Source: an uncultured virus (IMG/VR IMGVR_UViG_3300044608_000291) (taxonomy: Duplodnaviria > Heunggongvirae > Uroviricota > Caudoviricetes). Taken from it: 64,000 bases of DNA. The stretch lies in IMG/VR virus record IMGVR_UViG_3300044608_000291; one strand, 5' to 3'. Made by a program: the position numbers and the translations under genes. A model generated the notes under the pieces. That model made no database searches. It saw nothing but the letters and a program-made list of their open reading frames with translations, and was not told where the DNA came from. Shown here piece after piece: positions 8,941 to 18,493 of this stretch (positions are counted from its first letter, which is position 1; the number at the start of each line of letters is the position of its first letter).

Positions 8941-10853
8941 CAGCGCCGTCCATCATTACGCATGTCAAGCCGCATTGAACCGAGCTGCCAGTTTACCCCA
9001 AGCCCGGTTGATTCGAACTTCATGATCATCTGCCGTCCACGCACGCGCGTGAAGACTTGGCCGGTAAACGCCTCTATAGGTATAGTTGCAGTACGCACGA
9101 CTGTGTTTGCGTTATTACCACCAACAGAAGCGGGCGTCGTATAACCAGAGCCAGAATTAACCATTGGCTGTAACGTCAAGACCCCGCTCGGACTGGTCGC
9201 GGTAGACCCACGGAAAGTCAAATCTGGCAGCACCCGCCAGATGAACATGAAGTTGTGCCCGTCGTCTAGGTCAAATTCTGAAGACTCAATGGTCGCCACA
9301 ATCGGCGCAACAGCCGGAGTCTCTGCGTCATCTACCCCATTTTCGTGCTCAACAAGGTTGTAGCTATACGTAGCAGCAATCGGATAATCTTGTAACCCAG
9401 AGTCGAGCCACGCGGTACGCCCTAAGTTCCCGTAGTACCAGATGTCCTCTAGATAGTTATAGATGACATATCGGTCAATCTGGTTGGAGTTTGCTGAACA
9501 ATAAAACCACCAGACTTCATTAAATCCTTCGTTGGTACCAGCAAAAATCTGTGGGCTTTGAAGGATGTTAAGATCTTGGAAGATATACTGCCGAAGGTCG
9601 CAGCGAAGCGTTTGAGTACGACCGTCGTACTTGTAAAACTTATCCACACCCATCCAATACGACACCCCGTTTGCGAAAGCAACCGCGTTCTGCCCCGCGA
9701 TAGAGATGTTATCGCCTTGGAGCTGCGCCCCCCAAATATCAGGAGCCCCAAGGTACTGTAAAGAATAAAGCGCGGTATCAGTCCAAACAAGTATCTCTTG
9801 CCGTGATTGAAGCGCCGTTATGATTTCGGAGCCCCGCGACAACAAAATACTCCCAGCTTGGCTTGTTGCGCTTGGAGTCCAGTCTAGCGCGTCTTCTTGA
9901 TCAGACCAACGAATAAGCATTGGGTTTTGCGTTGGCGACCCGTAATCATTGGCCCCAAACGCGAAAACAAACCGGTAAACGTCAGAAATTACTACATAGT
10001 TCTGGATGATCGGGACATTAGCAGCACCGGGGAGTGTAGCGAGATCTTTCCCGCGAACAGATGGGCCGAGCGTGGCGTCCCAGTAATAAATACGACCACC
10101 ACGTGGGGCAAAAACTAAGTCCTCACCGAAGTTACCCTGACTCCACACCCGCAGCGGCAAAACTGTGTTTGACCCACCGCCCCACGGACCGGTGCCCCAC
10201 GGGCCTAACCCCCACGAAGCTGTACTTGACGGGCTGGGCGTAGTAGCTACTACGTTACCGGTATTAATCTGAAACGCAGCGACAGTAAGCGTGCCGCCAT
10301 TCCCAGTATCAGCCGCGTTTGACGTGACCGGTAACCCGGTAACCGGGTCTTTAGCAGTGATAACGAATGTATTGTTATCGATAATGGAAGCGATCTGATA
10401 CTCTTGGTTGAGCACCGCTGCCGTGATATTCCCGCCAAGGCTAACCGCACCACTAAAAGTCACAAAGTCATTGATTAGCGCGCCATGCGCGGGGCAAGTA
10501 ACTGTAATCGTAGAGCTAAACGGCGGAACAGTTACCGCCGAAAAAGTAGCCCCACCCGCAGCAGTTGTGTATCGGATCGGGGTAATGTCGTAATACTGCG
10601 TGCCACGGGTCAAGTAATACTTTAAGTTAGTCCCAACCGCGATCCAATTACTCTGGTTAAGATCAAACCAGTTAAACAGCGCCCGGCAAACACCGAGAAA
10701 AGTATAGTTATTAATACGCAACCATCCACCGATCTTCTCAGGCGTACCCTGACGAAAGCGCACCTTATCGCTAACATACCAACCCTGTTCGTTGGTGTAG
10801 CGGGTATTTTCCCGGTTGACGCCGGGTTTAGGTAAAACTTTCTTGAGTGGCAT
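8940..10853 (-). CDS. Podovirus-type tail nozzle / DNA stabilisation protein
   Basis: 637 aa, beta-propeller-like repeats (IRWSDQED, YWMG, FNEVWWFY). Lies between fibre and ejection genes. Confidence 0.7.
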   Translation of the reverse strand: MPLKKVLPKPGVNRENTRYTNEQGWYVSDKVRFRQGTPEKIGGWLRINNYTFLGVCRALFNWFDLNQSNWIAVGTNLKYYLTRGTQYYDITPIRYTTAAGGATFSAVTVPPFSSTITVTCPAHGALINDFVTFSGAVSLGGNITAAVLNQEYQIASIIDNNTFVITAKDPVTGLPVTSNAADTGNGGTLTVAAFQINTGNVVATTPSPSSTASWGLGPWGTGPWGGGSNTVLPLRVWSQGNFGEDLVFAPRGGRIYYWDATLGPSVRGKDLATLPGAANVPIIQNYVVISDVYRFVFAFGANDYGSPTQNPMLIRWSDQEDALDWTPSATSQAGSILLSRGSEIITALQSRQEILVWTDTALYSLQYLGAPDIWGAQLQGDNISIAGQNAVAFANGVSYWMGVDKFYKYDGRTQTLRCDLRQYIFQDLNILQSPQIFAGTNEGFNEVWWFYCSANSNQIDRYVIYNYLEDIWYYGNLGRTAWLDSGLQDYPIAATYSYNLVEHENGVDDAETPAVAPIVATIESSEFDLDDGHNFMFIWRVLPDLTFRGSTATSPSGVLTLQPMVNSGSGYTTPASVGGNNANTVVRTATIPIEAFTGQVFTRVRGRQMIMKFESTGLGVNWQLGSMRLDMRNDGRR

Positions 10854-10859
10854 GATTAC

Positions 10860-11975
10860 TTAATTTAGTAAGATAGGAAATCCAGTCGAACCAAAATCCC
10901 AGTTCGTATTATTACCTCCATCAACACAACCATTACTAGTAAACGCCGGAATTCGCCGCGAAGGATTAACAACATTTATATCTTTTACATAGAGCCGGTA
11001 TGCGACTGGTTCTGATAATGTACCGAAAGTTGTAGCTGAATTAACCGTGATATTTCTTGTAACAGCAGCGGGGGCCGAAATTAATTTTTGCTGATATGTG
11101 GTAGTAGCGGCTAACTGTGTAAAAGCTATATTATCAGTAACTGTCATATTACTCTGTAACTCAAGGCCCAAATCTATTTTATTCCCCAGCTCCATCTGTA
11201 ATCTATACAATGTTGGATTGCCCAGTAACACTAAGAACACACTAGTACCCGCTGGGTATGTAGATGATATACTTGTTGTACTTAAATATAACGCCGGATA
11301 TGAATGCCCACCGCCGTCAAAGACTAAATACTGTGGTAAATCAGCATCTGTCGGACGAAAGAAAATACCCGCAATCGTATAACTGCTAACGACAACTGAA
11401 CCGGTATTAGTTACTGCAAAAACCTGCCTAAAATACACCCGCCCAGAATTCCCAAAAACTAACTGTGTCGTATCATTACAACTAAGTACAGTCGTATAAA
11501 GAAAAATATTAATTGTTAACTTACTAGCGCCGAAGCAAATGACTGATTCCACTGTCCAAACAACAGTTGGAGCAATATATGGGAATGTTACATCAGCATC
11601 AACCAATGCAACCCCCGAGAAAGTATTTGATGACACAGTTGCCATCGTTCGGGGTGTCAGTGAGGGGGTAAAAGTTATATATACATTCTGCCCAAGGTTG
11701 TAATCACAAAACCCAGCTTTTTGGATCGAACAATTCGCAGATATATCAATAGAATGTTTGGACGTGGCTGCAATAATCGAGGTAGTAGAAGTTACAGTTA
11801 AAGACGCACAAGTGGTATACCCAAAGTCGATAGTCCCAGACCCAGAATTACTATCAATTACAATATCATCTGCAAGAGTTGGAACCCCCGCACCACCGGG
11901 GCCGCCCGAAAATGCCGCCCAATTCGTAGATAGAGTGGCGTCACCCGTACCGCCCACCCAATAGTATGTTGCCAT
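10860..11975 (-). CDS. Putative distal tail fibre / receptor-binding protein
   Basis: N-terminal YYWVGGTG...NWA..SGG.GGAGVPT..DD and C-terminal DGGNNTNW motifs of fibre-associated beta proteins. Visibly AT-richer DNA. Confidence 0.65.
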   Translation of the reverse strand: MATYYWVGGTGDATLSTNWAAFSGGPGGAGVPTLADDIVIDSNSGSGTIDFGYTTCASLTVTSTTSIIAATSKHSIDISANCSIQKAGFCDYNLGQNVYITFTPSLTPRTMATVSSNTFSGVALVDADVTFPYIAPTVVWTVESVICFGASKLTINIFLYTTVLSCNDTTQLVFGNSGRVYFRQVFAVTNTGSVVVSSYTIAGIFFRPTDADLPQYLVFDGGGHSYPALYLSTTSISSTYPAGTSVFLVLLGNPTLYRLQMELGNKIDLGLELQSNMTVTDNIAFTQLAATTTYQQKLISAPAAVTRNITVNSATTFGTLSEPVAYRLYVKDINVVNPSRRIPAFTSNGCVDGGNNTNWDFGSTGFPILLN

Positions 11976-13481
11976 TTAAGCCTCTTGCGCTACTGCAACA
12001 ACATCCCAACGTGATTCGTTAGCGTTGTAAATAGCCCCAACATATAAAACTTTATTAGCAACGGTTGTTGTCGGCAAAACTACGCCAACCGCACGGAAAC
12101 TATTAACAAGCCCAGTTGTGAATGTAAGCGATCGACTGATACCGTTATCTTTAATACGGAAAATAATCACTTGGCCGTTTGTGGGCGCACCAGCATCAAC
12201 ATCGATTACTAAATTGGTGGTCTGCCCAGTGCTTACGTACTGGTCAAAATTATTACTATTCCAAGATAGCGGGCTCGCGATAGTAGCTGCGGAAGAAACG
12301 CGTTTTGTGATTTTCTTATTCGTTAGCGTTTGCGTCGCAGCAATCCCAGCTACAGTGTCCGGGCCAGTAGGGTAAGTTAAATCGGTCCGTCCACTACCCC
12401 CATTAGCGGTACCTAAAGTGCCCGCAAGTGTAACTGCGCCAGTTGTAGAAACTGATGGGGTGAGTCCGGTTGTACCGGCTGAAAAAGATGAAACCGAAGC
12501 GGGTAAAGCTGCCCAGACTAAAGCGGACCCACTCCATTGTAAGTATGTACTAGCAACGGTGGGCGCGGCTAAAAACGCTGTAACGCCGGGGTTCGTGTTG
12601 TAGACGAGCTGATTAGCAGCGCCACCAGCTACATTAGAAGCTGAGCCGACAGACACGTTAGAAAGACTGGTCTGCCCGGTGCCGCCATTGGCAACCGCTA
12701 ATGTGCCCCCAAGAGTTACCACCCCCGTTGTGGCGGAATTGGGAGTTAATCCAGTAGTACCAGCGGAAAAAGAAGTAACTCCACCTCCGCCACCTCCGGC
12801 TGCTGCCCATGTAAACGCAGTACCATCCCATTGCAAGAAGGTGCTAGCTACAGTAGGAGCAACGATAAACGATGTAGCACCCGCACCAGTGTTATACGGA
12901 ATCTGATTCGCAGTACCACCTGCTACGTTAGTAGCGGTAGTCGCAGTAGTCGCAGTAGTCGCCGACCCAACAGACACGCTGGCAAGGTTAGTTTGTCCTG
13001 TACCCCCACTTGAGACAGGTAGCGCGGTATCAAGCGTAGCAACCCCGGCACGCAGCGTCGGGAAATAGTCAACCACTGCAACAACATCAGTGCCGTTAAC
13101 AAACAAGTGCGCTCGCTGCCCATTTGGAACAGTGATACCAGTACCTGCTAGAGTCTTTACAACGATCGACTGCGCACCGATTGTGTTGTTGTAAACGAGG
13201 TACTGCTTTTCAATGGTTGGGACAATAAAGTTCCGCGTCGCCGAAATCGTGCCAGTAACTTCAATGACTAGATTACGTTGGGCCTGTGAACCAACAGAGT
13301 CCACGTATCCCGCAGCCCAGTCATAGTCATTATCAAGCGGGAACGTAGCAGTTGCCATCCCAGTGATGGCTTCCTCAAAGACGTTCTCGAAGTTGTCGTT
13401 GGTCGTAGTACCCCAAGCATCAGTCTGCTCACCGATACCGATAAGCTCAATCTTAAGGTTCGGGGAGTATGAACTGGGCAT
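11976..13481 (-). CDS. Tail fibre protein
   Basis: N-terminus MPSSYSPNLKIELI..GEQ..AWG.TTN.N, GGTG fibre repeats, internal duplication, C-terminal WDVVAV. Confidence 0.8.
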   Translation of the reverse strand: MPSSYSPNLKIELIGIGEQTDAWGTTTNDNFENVFEEAITGMATATFPLDNDYDWAAGYVDSVGSQAQRNLVIEVTGTISATRNFIVPTIEKQYLVYNNTIGAQSIVVKTLAGTGITVPNGQRAHLFVNGTDVVAVVDYFPTLRAGVATLDTALPVSSGGTGQTNLASVSVGSATTATTATTATNVAGGTANQIPYNTGAGATSFIVAPTVASTFLQWDGTAFTWAAAGGGGGGVTSFSAGTTGLTPNSATTGVVTLGGTLAVANGGTGQTSLSNVSVGSASNVAGGAANQLVYNTNPGVTAFLAAPTVASTYLQWSGSALVWAALPASVSSFSAGTTGLTPSVSTTGAVTLAGTLGTANGGSGRTDLTYPTGPDTVAGIAATQTLTNKKITKRVSSAATIASPLSWNSNNFDQYVSTGQTTNLVIDVDAGAPTNGQVIIFRIKDNGISRSLTFTTGLVNSFRAVGVVLPTTTVANKVLYVGAIYNANESRWDVVAVAQEA

Positions 13482-13483
13482 GA

Positions 13484-13900
13484 TTAAATCCTGATGATTG
13501 CTTGGCTAGAATTATTTTCCGGGAACTGTAGAACAAAATTACCGGCTGAGGTAGTAGTGGAACCAAAGTTATAGACAAACACCGCCCTATTGGCTTTCGA
13601 GAAGTTGTAGACTAAAACGCCAACAGCAGTGAAGTTAGTGGACACCCACACCGCATTCGCAAAGTCAACAAACGCGGTGCCGTTAGATAAACTAACCGTC
13701 GCCCCAGTTAACGTAAGCCCGCCCGTCGAATAGCCCCCACCAGCAGGAAGCTCACCAGCAGTGGTATATACCGCCGTATTCGGGCCGATATTAGCCGCGC
13801 TTGTGTATAGCGCAGCCTTGAATGTGTCTGTATTGAAGTCGTGGATAGCTTCGAACAGTTCTTTCTTGAAACTAAAGCACAACCCAGTCGTGATAGCCAT
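13484..13900 (-). CDS. Conserved virion structural protein
   Basis: 138 aa; SFKKEL..IHDF..DTFKAALYT motif typical of small phage tail-region proteins. Confidence 0.65.
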   Translation of the reverse strand: MAITTGLCFSFKKELFEAIHDFNTDTFKAALYTSAANIGPNTAVYTTAGELPAGGGYSTGGLTLTGATVSLSNGTAFVDFANAVWVSTNFTAVGVLVYNFSKANRAVFVYNFGSTTTSAGNFVLQFPENNSSQAIIRI

Positions 13901-14538
13901 TAGCTGACCTTCATCCGAACTTGACCAGAACGGTACGTATCCTGACGCAGCTTGCCGTCACCCAGCACTTTGATCAGCCCAACAGCTTGTACATACAACT
14001 GCTGATACATCGCCACAAGGTCCGCTTCGCCTTTCATGAACCGGATCGCTTCAACCAACGCCCCGTTCAATAGCGCGGAGTCGAACTCCTCTCCAAGCCA
14101 CGTGGTACCACCACTTAACGGATCAGAGATCGAAAGAGGGTACGCGGCATAGGTTAAAGTAGACGTATAGGCGATGTTCGGGGTGGGGGCGACGAAGACC
14201 GTGATTTCATCTTGAAACGCGTAGTATTGCGGCACCCCGGTCGTTGAAGCAGAGGGATACGCTTCCCGCATGAAGTCCGTATCTTTGTTCAACAAAAACT
14301 CAAAGCTGCCCGTACCTGTGTTAACAGCGAACGAAAACGCGTAGAGAAAATCTAGCGGCAGAGTCAGTAGAGGGTTACCCGGCGTAAACGTCAAAGTTGT
14401 CGTCTGACGTAAAACGGGAAGCTGGACAGTGTTGTAGATCTTCTGTTCAGCTTGCTTCGTGAACATAGCAAGCTGAGACGACGTAAATGTCGTCTCACAG
14501 ACTTCCTGAATGTTTGCACAAAGCTCTACGTAGTTCAT
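13900..14538 (-). CDS. Putative head-tail adaptor / tail tubular protein
   Basis: 212 aa; GVPQYYA, APTP and LLNGALVEA motifs; position before tail genes. Confidence 0.65.
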   Translation of the reverse strand: MNYVELCANIQEVCETTFTSSQLAMFTKQAEQKIYNTVQLPVLRQTTTLTFTPGNPLLTLPLDFLYAFSFAVNTGTGSFEFLLNKDTDFMREAYPSASTTGVPQYYAFQDEITVFVAPTPNIAYTSTLTYAAYPLSISDPLSGGTTWLGEEFDSALLNGALVEAIRFMKGEADLVAMYQQLYVQAVGLIKVLGDGKLRQDTYRSGQVRMKVS

Positions 14539-14541
14539 AGC

Positions 14542-14709
14542 TTACGCCATCGGTCCACGGGCCATCTTGCCCTTAGTCTGTGCTTTACCGCCACGAACCT
14601 TGATCCCGCTTGTCTTGGTCGGGTTGGGTTCCTTAGCGGCAAGCAGCGTATCAAGATTCTGGATAGTCACAGGCGTACTGGACTTCCACGATTCTTTCTT
14701 CGTTGCCAT
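14542..14709 (-). CDS. Small basic protein (55 aa, not in ORF track)
   Basis: Manual translation MATKKESWKSSTPVTIQNLDTLLAAKEPNPTKTSGIKVRGGKAQTKGKMARGPMA; fills the gap between coupled genes. Confidence 0.7.
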   Translation of the reverse strand: MATKKESWKSSTPVTIQNLDTLLAAKEPNPTKTSGIKVRGGKAQTKGKMARGPMA

Positions 14710-14710
14710 C

Positions 14711-14893
14711 TCAAGCCCCTTTCTTGTACGTAAAGGAGGACTTTTTCTGGTTCATAGCACGAGCAAGGTTGCGACCGTACTTCTTCATGTTAGCGCTCGT
14801 GACACCGCCTTTAGCAAGCTTAGTCATCGGCTTGCCGGGGTGCATCGCTTTCTCATGTTTGTGAACCGCTGTTTTGGCAGACATATCTTTCAT
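14711..14893 (-). CDS. Small basic protein with LAKGG motif
   Basis: 60 aa, Lys/Met-rich; GAGG SD upstream. Confidence 0.7.
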   Translation of the reverse strand: MKDMSAKTAVHKHEKAMHPGKPMTKLAKGGVTSANMKKYGRNLARAMNQKKSSFTYKKGA

Positions 14894-14901
14894 GGTGACC
14901 T

Positions 14902-15213
14902 CTAAGGAGTATAGACGTTGATGACCCCGAGACGCGGGACGGTTGCAAAGCCAAATAGCGGTCTGACCTGTGCTCGACTCTGCGGATAACCAGTAAAGTC
15001 AGGACGAGGATTGCGAATTGCCTGCGGATCCTCAACCGGGAACGTACCAAGCTTTAACTGCGGATGACTCGGATTCCAGCACTCCATACATGCCAGAATC
15101 TGCGTCGGGGTATCTTTAACAATCAGTTCTTTCAACTGCTTCAGTTTATACCGAAACCCACAAATATCACACTCCGCAATCGCCCGTTTACTGGACGCAA
15201 ACTTGCTGCTCAT
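14902..15213 (-). CDS. Zn-ribbon-like conserved phage protein
   Basis: CDICG...CMECW...HPQL. Confidence 0.7.
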   Translation of the reverse strand: MSSKFASSKRAIAECDICGFRYKLKQLKELIVKDTPTQILACMECWNPSHPQLKLGTFPVEDPQAIRNPRPDFTGYPQSRAQVRPLFGFATVPRLGVINVYTP

Positions 15214-15905
15214 GACCGGATCCCATACATACGCGGGACAAACCGGACAGACGCTTTCTCGCGGTCTTCCCCAGCAGCCAAGTTGAACTGCTCGTCATAC
15301 GCCTCTTTCAGCATCGGAACGCGCTCGGCAAGCTCGGGCACTTTCATTGCAATGTGGTACGCAAGCCCTGCAACAATTGCGGGTAAGAACCGGAACGGAG
15401 CATCCTGTGTATAAGCCCCAGACCCTGCATTCTGAATACGACGTAAGCGGTAATATGCGAGAACATATGGAGTAGACGAGTCCGGTACAGGCCAAAGAAC
15501 GATTTCAGGGGCATCACGAAGACGACGCACAAAAATCTGGATAGGCCGCCCCTGTGCTAATTTCGCAGGGATGGCTGAATAGGTAGAAACACTGATACGA
15601 GAAATTGTTAGATCAGACTGTGTAGTGGGGTTGCCCGCACCGGTACGAATCGTGTGTTCAAGAATATCAATCGTATCTGCGGGCAGTGGGTATGTAGAGA
15701 CGCCGGGAGTCAAGTTGATCGTCCCCGGCTCGATCGTCCACATGTTGATGCCACGATTGGCAAACTCAATCGTCAACAGATTCATCGACCGGCGAGCCGT
15801 ACGCAGGTCATAGCCAGACCGCATCTCGCGACCCGCACGTTCCCACGCGTCTTCTGCAATCTCGTTGAAGTCGAGATTAAAATCGGCAACACCAGTGGTA
15901 GCCAT
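15210..15905 (-). CDS. Putative head-tail connector protein
   Basis: 231 aa; GYDLRTARRSMNL, NRGINMWT, GRP and LWPVPD motifs. Confidence 0.65.
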   Translation of the reverse strand: MATTGVADFNLDFNEIAEDAWERAGREMRSGYDLRTARRSMNLLTIEFANRGINMWTIEPGTINLTPGVSTYPLPADTIDILEHTIRTGAGNPTTQSDLTISRISVSTYSAIPAKLAQGRPIQIFVRRLRDAPEIVLWPVPDSSTPYVLAYYRLRRIQNAGSGAYTQDAPFRFLPAIVAGLAYHIAMKVPELAERVPMLKEAYDEQFNLAAGEDREKASVRFVPRMYGIRS

Positions 15906-15911
15906 TACAGA

Positions 15912-16154
15912 TTACCTCTTTGCCGTCTTAGCAGACTCTCGGAATGCTTTGGCAGTAGGAGCACCGGGACTACCCGGTTTACGCATCTTTTCCCCGGAAC
16001 CGGCTTTGATTCGGTTACGCTTAGCATGGATGTTGGCGTAGAGACCAACAGGGCCACCCTCTGCGTACATGTTGAATTCATCACCGTCTTTACGATGCTT
16101 GCGCTTGGGCATCTTGCGAGGGGAGATGATGCCCATCCCCCTCGACGCCATCAC
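15912..16154 (-). CDS. Small basic protein
   Basis: 80 aa; YAEGG, GLYANIHAKR.RIKAGSGEKMRK. Confidence 0.7.
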   Translation of the reverse strand: MMASRGMGIISPRKMPKRKHRKDGDEFNMYAEGGPVGLYANIHAKRNRIKAGSGEKMRKPGSPGAPTAKAFRESAKTAKR

Positions 16155-16837
16155 AGTACACGTCCCTTGGTCTTACCACGTTTAGCGATCCCGTCTGCAC
16201 GACTCGACGCCGAACTGACAGAGCCGCCCTTCGCATAACCGGGGCTCCCCGCTACCGCAGCAGCTTGATATGGAGTCCGCCTACGAGACTGGAACATGCG
16301 CTGTGACCGAGGCGTCGGCAACTGCCGGGCAGCGGCTGCGGCTTCACGCTCAGCACGAGGCTTACCATAATCACGGCTGTAGATCGAGCCCTTCTTCTCC
16401 ATCTGCTCCGCAGCCCGCTCACCCATCCGGTTCCGGTTAGAGACAAGCCGATCAGGCTCAGGCTGCGGCGGGGAGACAAGGGGCGGCACATCAGCGGGGG
16501 CCGGTGCGGCAGCGCGGGGCGTGGGAGCAGCAGCGCGAGGGGCGGGTGCAGCGGGAGCCATCGCTCGCGACCGCGCAGCTTGACTCTCTGCGGCAGCACG
16601 ACGATCGTCAGCTTCCGCTCCACTCGTATCTACCGTACGAGTAATGGCCGGGCCTTCATCACCCTCGACAGTCTTAATCGGGGGACGCGAGACAGAACGC
16701 GCAGCACGTTTACTCGCAAGAATTTCATCTAGCGCGGGGGTCTCGCCCTCGGCACCAGACTGTTGCAAGAAGCGTTTTGCCCGCTCGTAAGTATCTTCTT
16801 CGAACCGACCACCGTCGGAGAATTTACGCTTTTTCAT
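16151..16837 (-). CDS. Disordered protein with C-terminal AKGG..SASSRADGIA.RGKTKG motif
   Basis: 228 aa, Ala/Pro/Arg-rich; ATGA coupling at both ends. Confidence 0.75.
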   Translation of the reverse strand: MKKRKFSDGGRFEEDTYERAKRFLQQSGAEGETPALDEILASKRAARSVSRPPIKTVEGDEGPAITRTVDTSGAEADDRRAAAESQAARSRAMAPAAPAPRAAAPTPRAAAPAPADVPPLVSPPQPEPDRLVSNRNRMGERAAEQMEKKGSIYSRDYGKPRAEREAAAAARQLPTPRSQRMFQSRRRTPYQAAAVAGSPGYAKGGSVSSASSRADGIAKRGKTKGRVL

Positions 16838-17214
16838 ACGAACCGTCCTTTAGTCTTGCCGCGTTGAGCGCAACCGTCAGCGCGACTGGAAGCGGAACTC
16901 ACCGAGCCACCTTTAGCTAGGCCCATCGACCGACGCGGAGCATCTTGTGCTGCTTTATCAGTCGCGGTGTCCATGTCGGACTCTTCTTTCTGGCGACGCA
17001 TACGCTCTTGCTGTTCGAGCGTAGGAATCATGTTTTGGTCCGCCCGACGCGATTCCATCAGTCGGTTGATATTGGCCTGCACTTGAGCGTCATCTTGCGA
17101 CGTATCAGGCGGGGTCGCGGCTTGCATCGGACCCAGCGTCTTCGGCTTCATACGCTTGGGCATCATCTTAGCGGGCTGCATTTTCTTCGACTCCTGTTTA
17201 TTAGGACGGTCCAT
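16834..17214 (-). CDS. Disordered protein with the same C-terminal motif
   Basis: 126 aa ending LAKGGSVSSASSRADGCAQRGKTKGRFV. Confidence 0.75.
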   Translation of the reverse strand: MDRPNKQESKKMQPAKMMPKRMKPKTLGPMQAATPPDTSQDDAQVQANINRLMESRRADQNMIPTLEQQERMRRQKEESDMDTATDKAAQDAPRRSMGLAKGGSVSSASSRADGCAQRGKTKGRFV

Positions 17215-17215
17215 C

Positions 17216-17593
17216 TCAGCACTTGCCGCCGTAATTCATTTTGACCATCTTAGTTTTGGTCTTGCCTTGTTTAGCAATACCGTCTGCGGCTTTGTGACCA
17301 GAAGCAAGCCCACCACCCGCATAAGCTTTGCCACCTTTCTTCATGCCCTTCATCTCAGCCATTTCATGCTTGACCATCGACTTCGGAGCGCCCTTTTTCT
17401 TCATGAAGGCTACTTCTTTGCCCATCATAGCTTTAGATTCTTTCATGTCACCACCTTGGTTAAATTTGCGGCCTTTATCAGCCTCGACGTAATCACGACC
17501 TACTTTTTGCGGAATACCAACACGTTTAGCGGCAGCGGGGTCGTTAGCGACCATCGCCATCAGATTGTGTTGAGCTTTGCTCTTGCTCGGCAT
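17216..17593 (-). CDS. Small basic protein with multiple xxGG motifs
   Basis: 125 aa; MPSKSKAQHNLM, FNQGG, MKKGG, YAGGG, ADGIAKQGKTK, MNYGG. Confidence 0.75.
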   Translation of the reverse strand: MPSKSKAQHNLMAMVANDPAAAKRVGIPQKVGRDYVEADKGRKFNQGGDMKESKAMMGKEVAFMKKKGAPKSMVKHEMAEMKGMKKGGKAYAGGGLASGHKAADGIAKQGKTKTKMVKMNYGGKC

Positions 17594-17765
17594 CTTTTTT
17601 CCGTCCTAACATCCGCTGCACCGTGTCGGTTTCCCAAATACGGATACCGGTCCACAGGATAGTAAACACAGCCGCGATAGATGGCAACATATCAACAAGA
17701 GTACCGATAACTGTGATAACAGACAAGCCATCTAGAATTGTCTTTCCGACTTCTGCATCTCTCAT
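17544..17765 (-). CDS. Small membrane protein (holin-like)
   Basis: Two hydrophobic segments and a charged C-terminus; close to the endolysin. Confidence 0.5.
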   Translation of the reverse strand: MRDAEVGKTILDGLSVITVIGTLVDMLPSIAAVFTILWTGIRIWETDTVQRMLGRKKDAEQEQSSTQSDGDGR

Positions 17766-17766
17766 G

Positions 17767-18021
17767 TCAGCAATTCCACGCCCGCAGAGATTTGTTAATC
17801 CGACTGTTTGGGTCGCTCGCAGTCTTAGCTGAAGTCAGCTTTTTCTTCATCCCCTTCATGCGGGCGCAGAATGAGTCCCGTCGGGGACCGCCTTCAGGTT
17901 GGGGAGCTTTGAGTCCGGGCTTGCCGGGGTTTGCTTTGTTGTAGCTAGCGCGACCTTTGGCGTTGAGACCGCCTTCAGGGTTCTTGCCTTCTTTGCGCTG
18001 CCACGCGGGTGACTTAGCCAT
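17767..18021 (-). CDS. Conserved small basic phage protein
   Basis: AWQRKEGKNP.GGLNAKGRASY...RRDSFCARM...SRINKSLRAWNC. Confidence 0.75.
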   Translation of the reverse strand: MAKSPAWQRKEGKNPEGGLNAKGRASYNKANPGKPGLKAPQPEGGPRRDSFCARMKGMKKKLTSAKTASDPNSRINKSLRAWNC

Positions 18022-18493
18022 TTACAGCTCCAAGGTAGAGAGCACGTTCGTCCTTGCGACGAACTTCGAGGCCAGCTAATACTTTACCAGCAGACAGATT
18101 CCACTTCAAGAACTCGTCTGCGGCACCAGAATAATCCTCGCGGTTATGTTTCATGCGCAAGGTTGAGTTCTGAAGATTACCTAGCCCAACATTGAAAGCG
18201 AACGAAGCGAGTGCCAGATGGCGAGGCCCAAGAGGATCCACAGAACATAGTCTGAGTACCCCCGCCAGAAACCGTGAAAGATCTTGCTGGAGAAGGCTGT
18301 TAACTTCTTCATCGGTCAGTCTCCGATTCCAACCTTCTGGTATAGACAGCTCAAGTCGTCGATCAAACGGGACACGGATGTGATTAGGGTCGATAACGTG
18401 GCCCACACCAATAGTCCACAGACGAGCAGGACAGCGGTAAGGAGCATGACGTACCCCCTCGTGATGCCTGAGCATGTCGATCAGGACCTTCAT
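18014..18493 (-). CDS. Endolysin, GH24 phage lysozyme
   Basis: HEG.R..PY.CPA..WTIGVGH catalytic region, SFAFNVGLG, GL..RR.DERALYL. Confidence 0.93.
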   Translation of the reverse strand: MKVLIDMLRHHEGVRHAPYRCPARLWTIGVGHVIDPNHIRVPFDRRLELSIPEGWNRRLTDEEVNSLLQQDLSRFLAGVLRLCSVDPLGPRHLALASFAFNVGLGNLQNSTLRMKHNREDYSGAADEFLKWNLSAGKVLAGLEVRRKDERALYLGAVNG

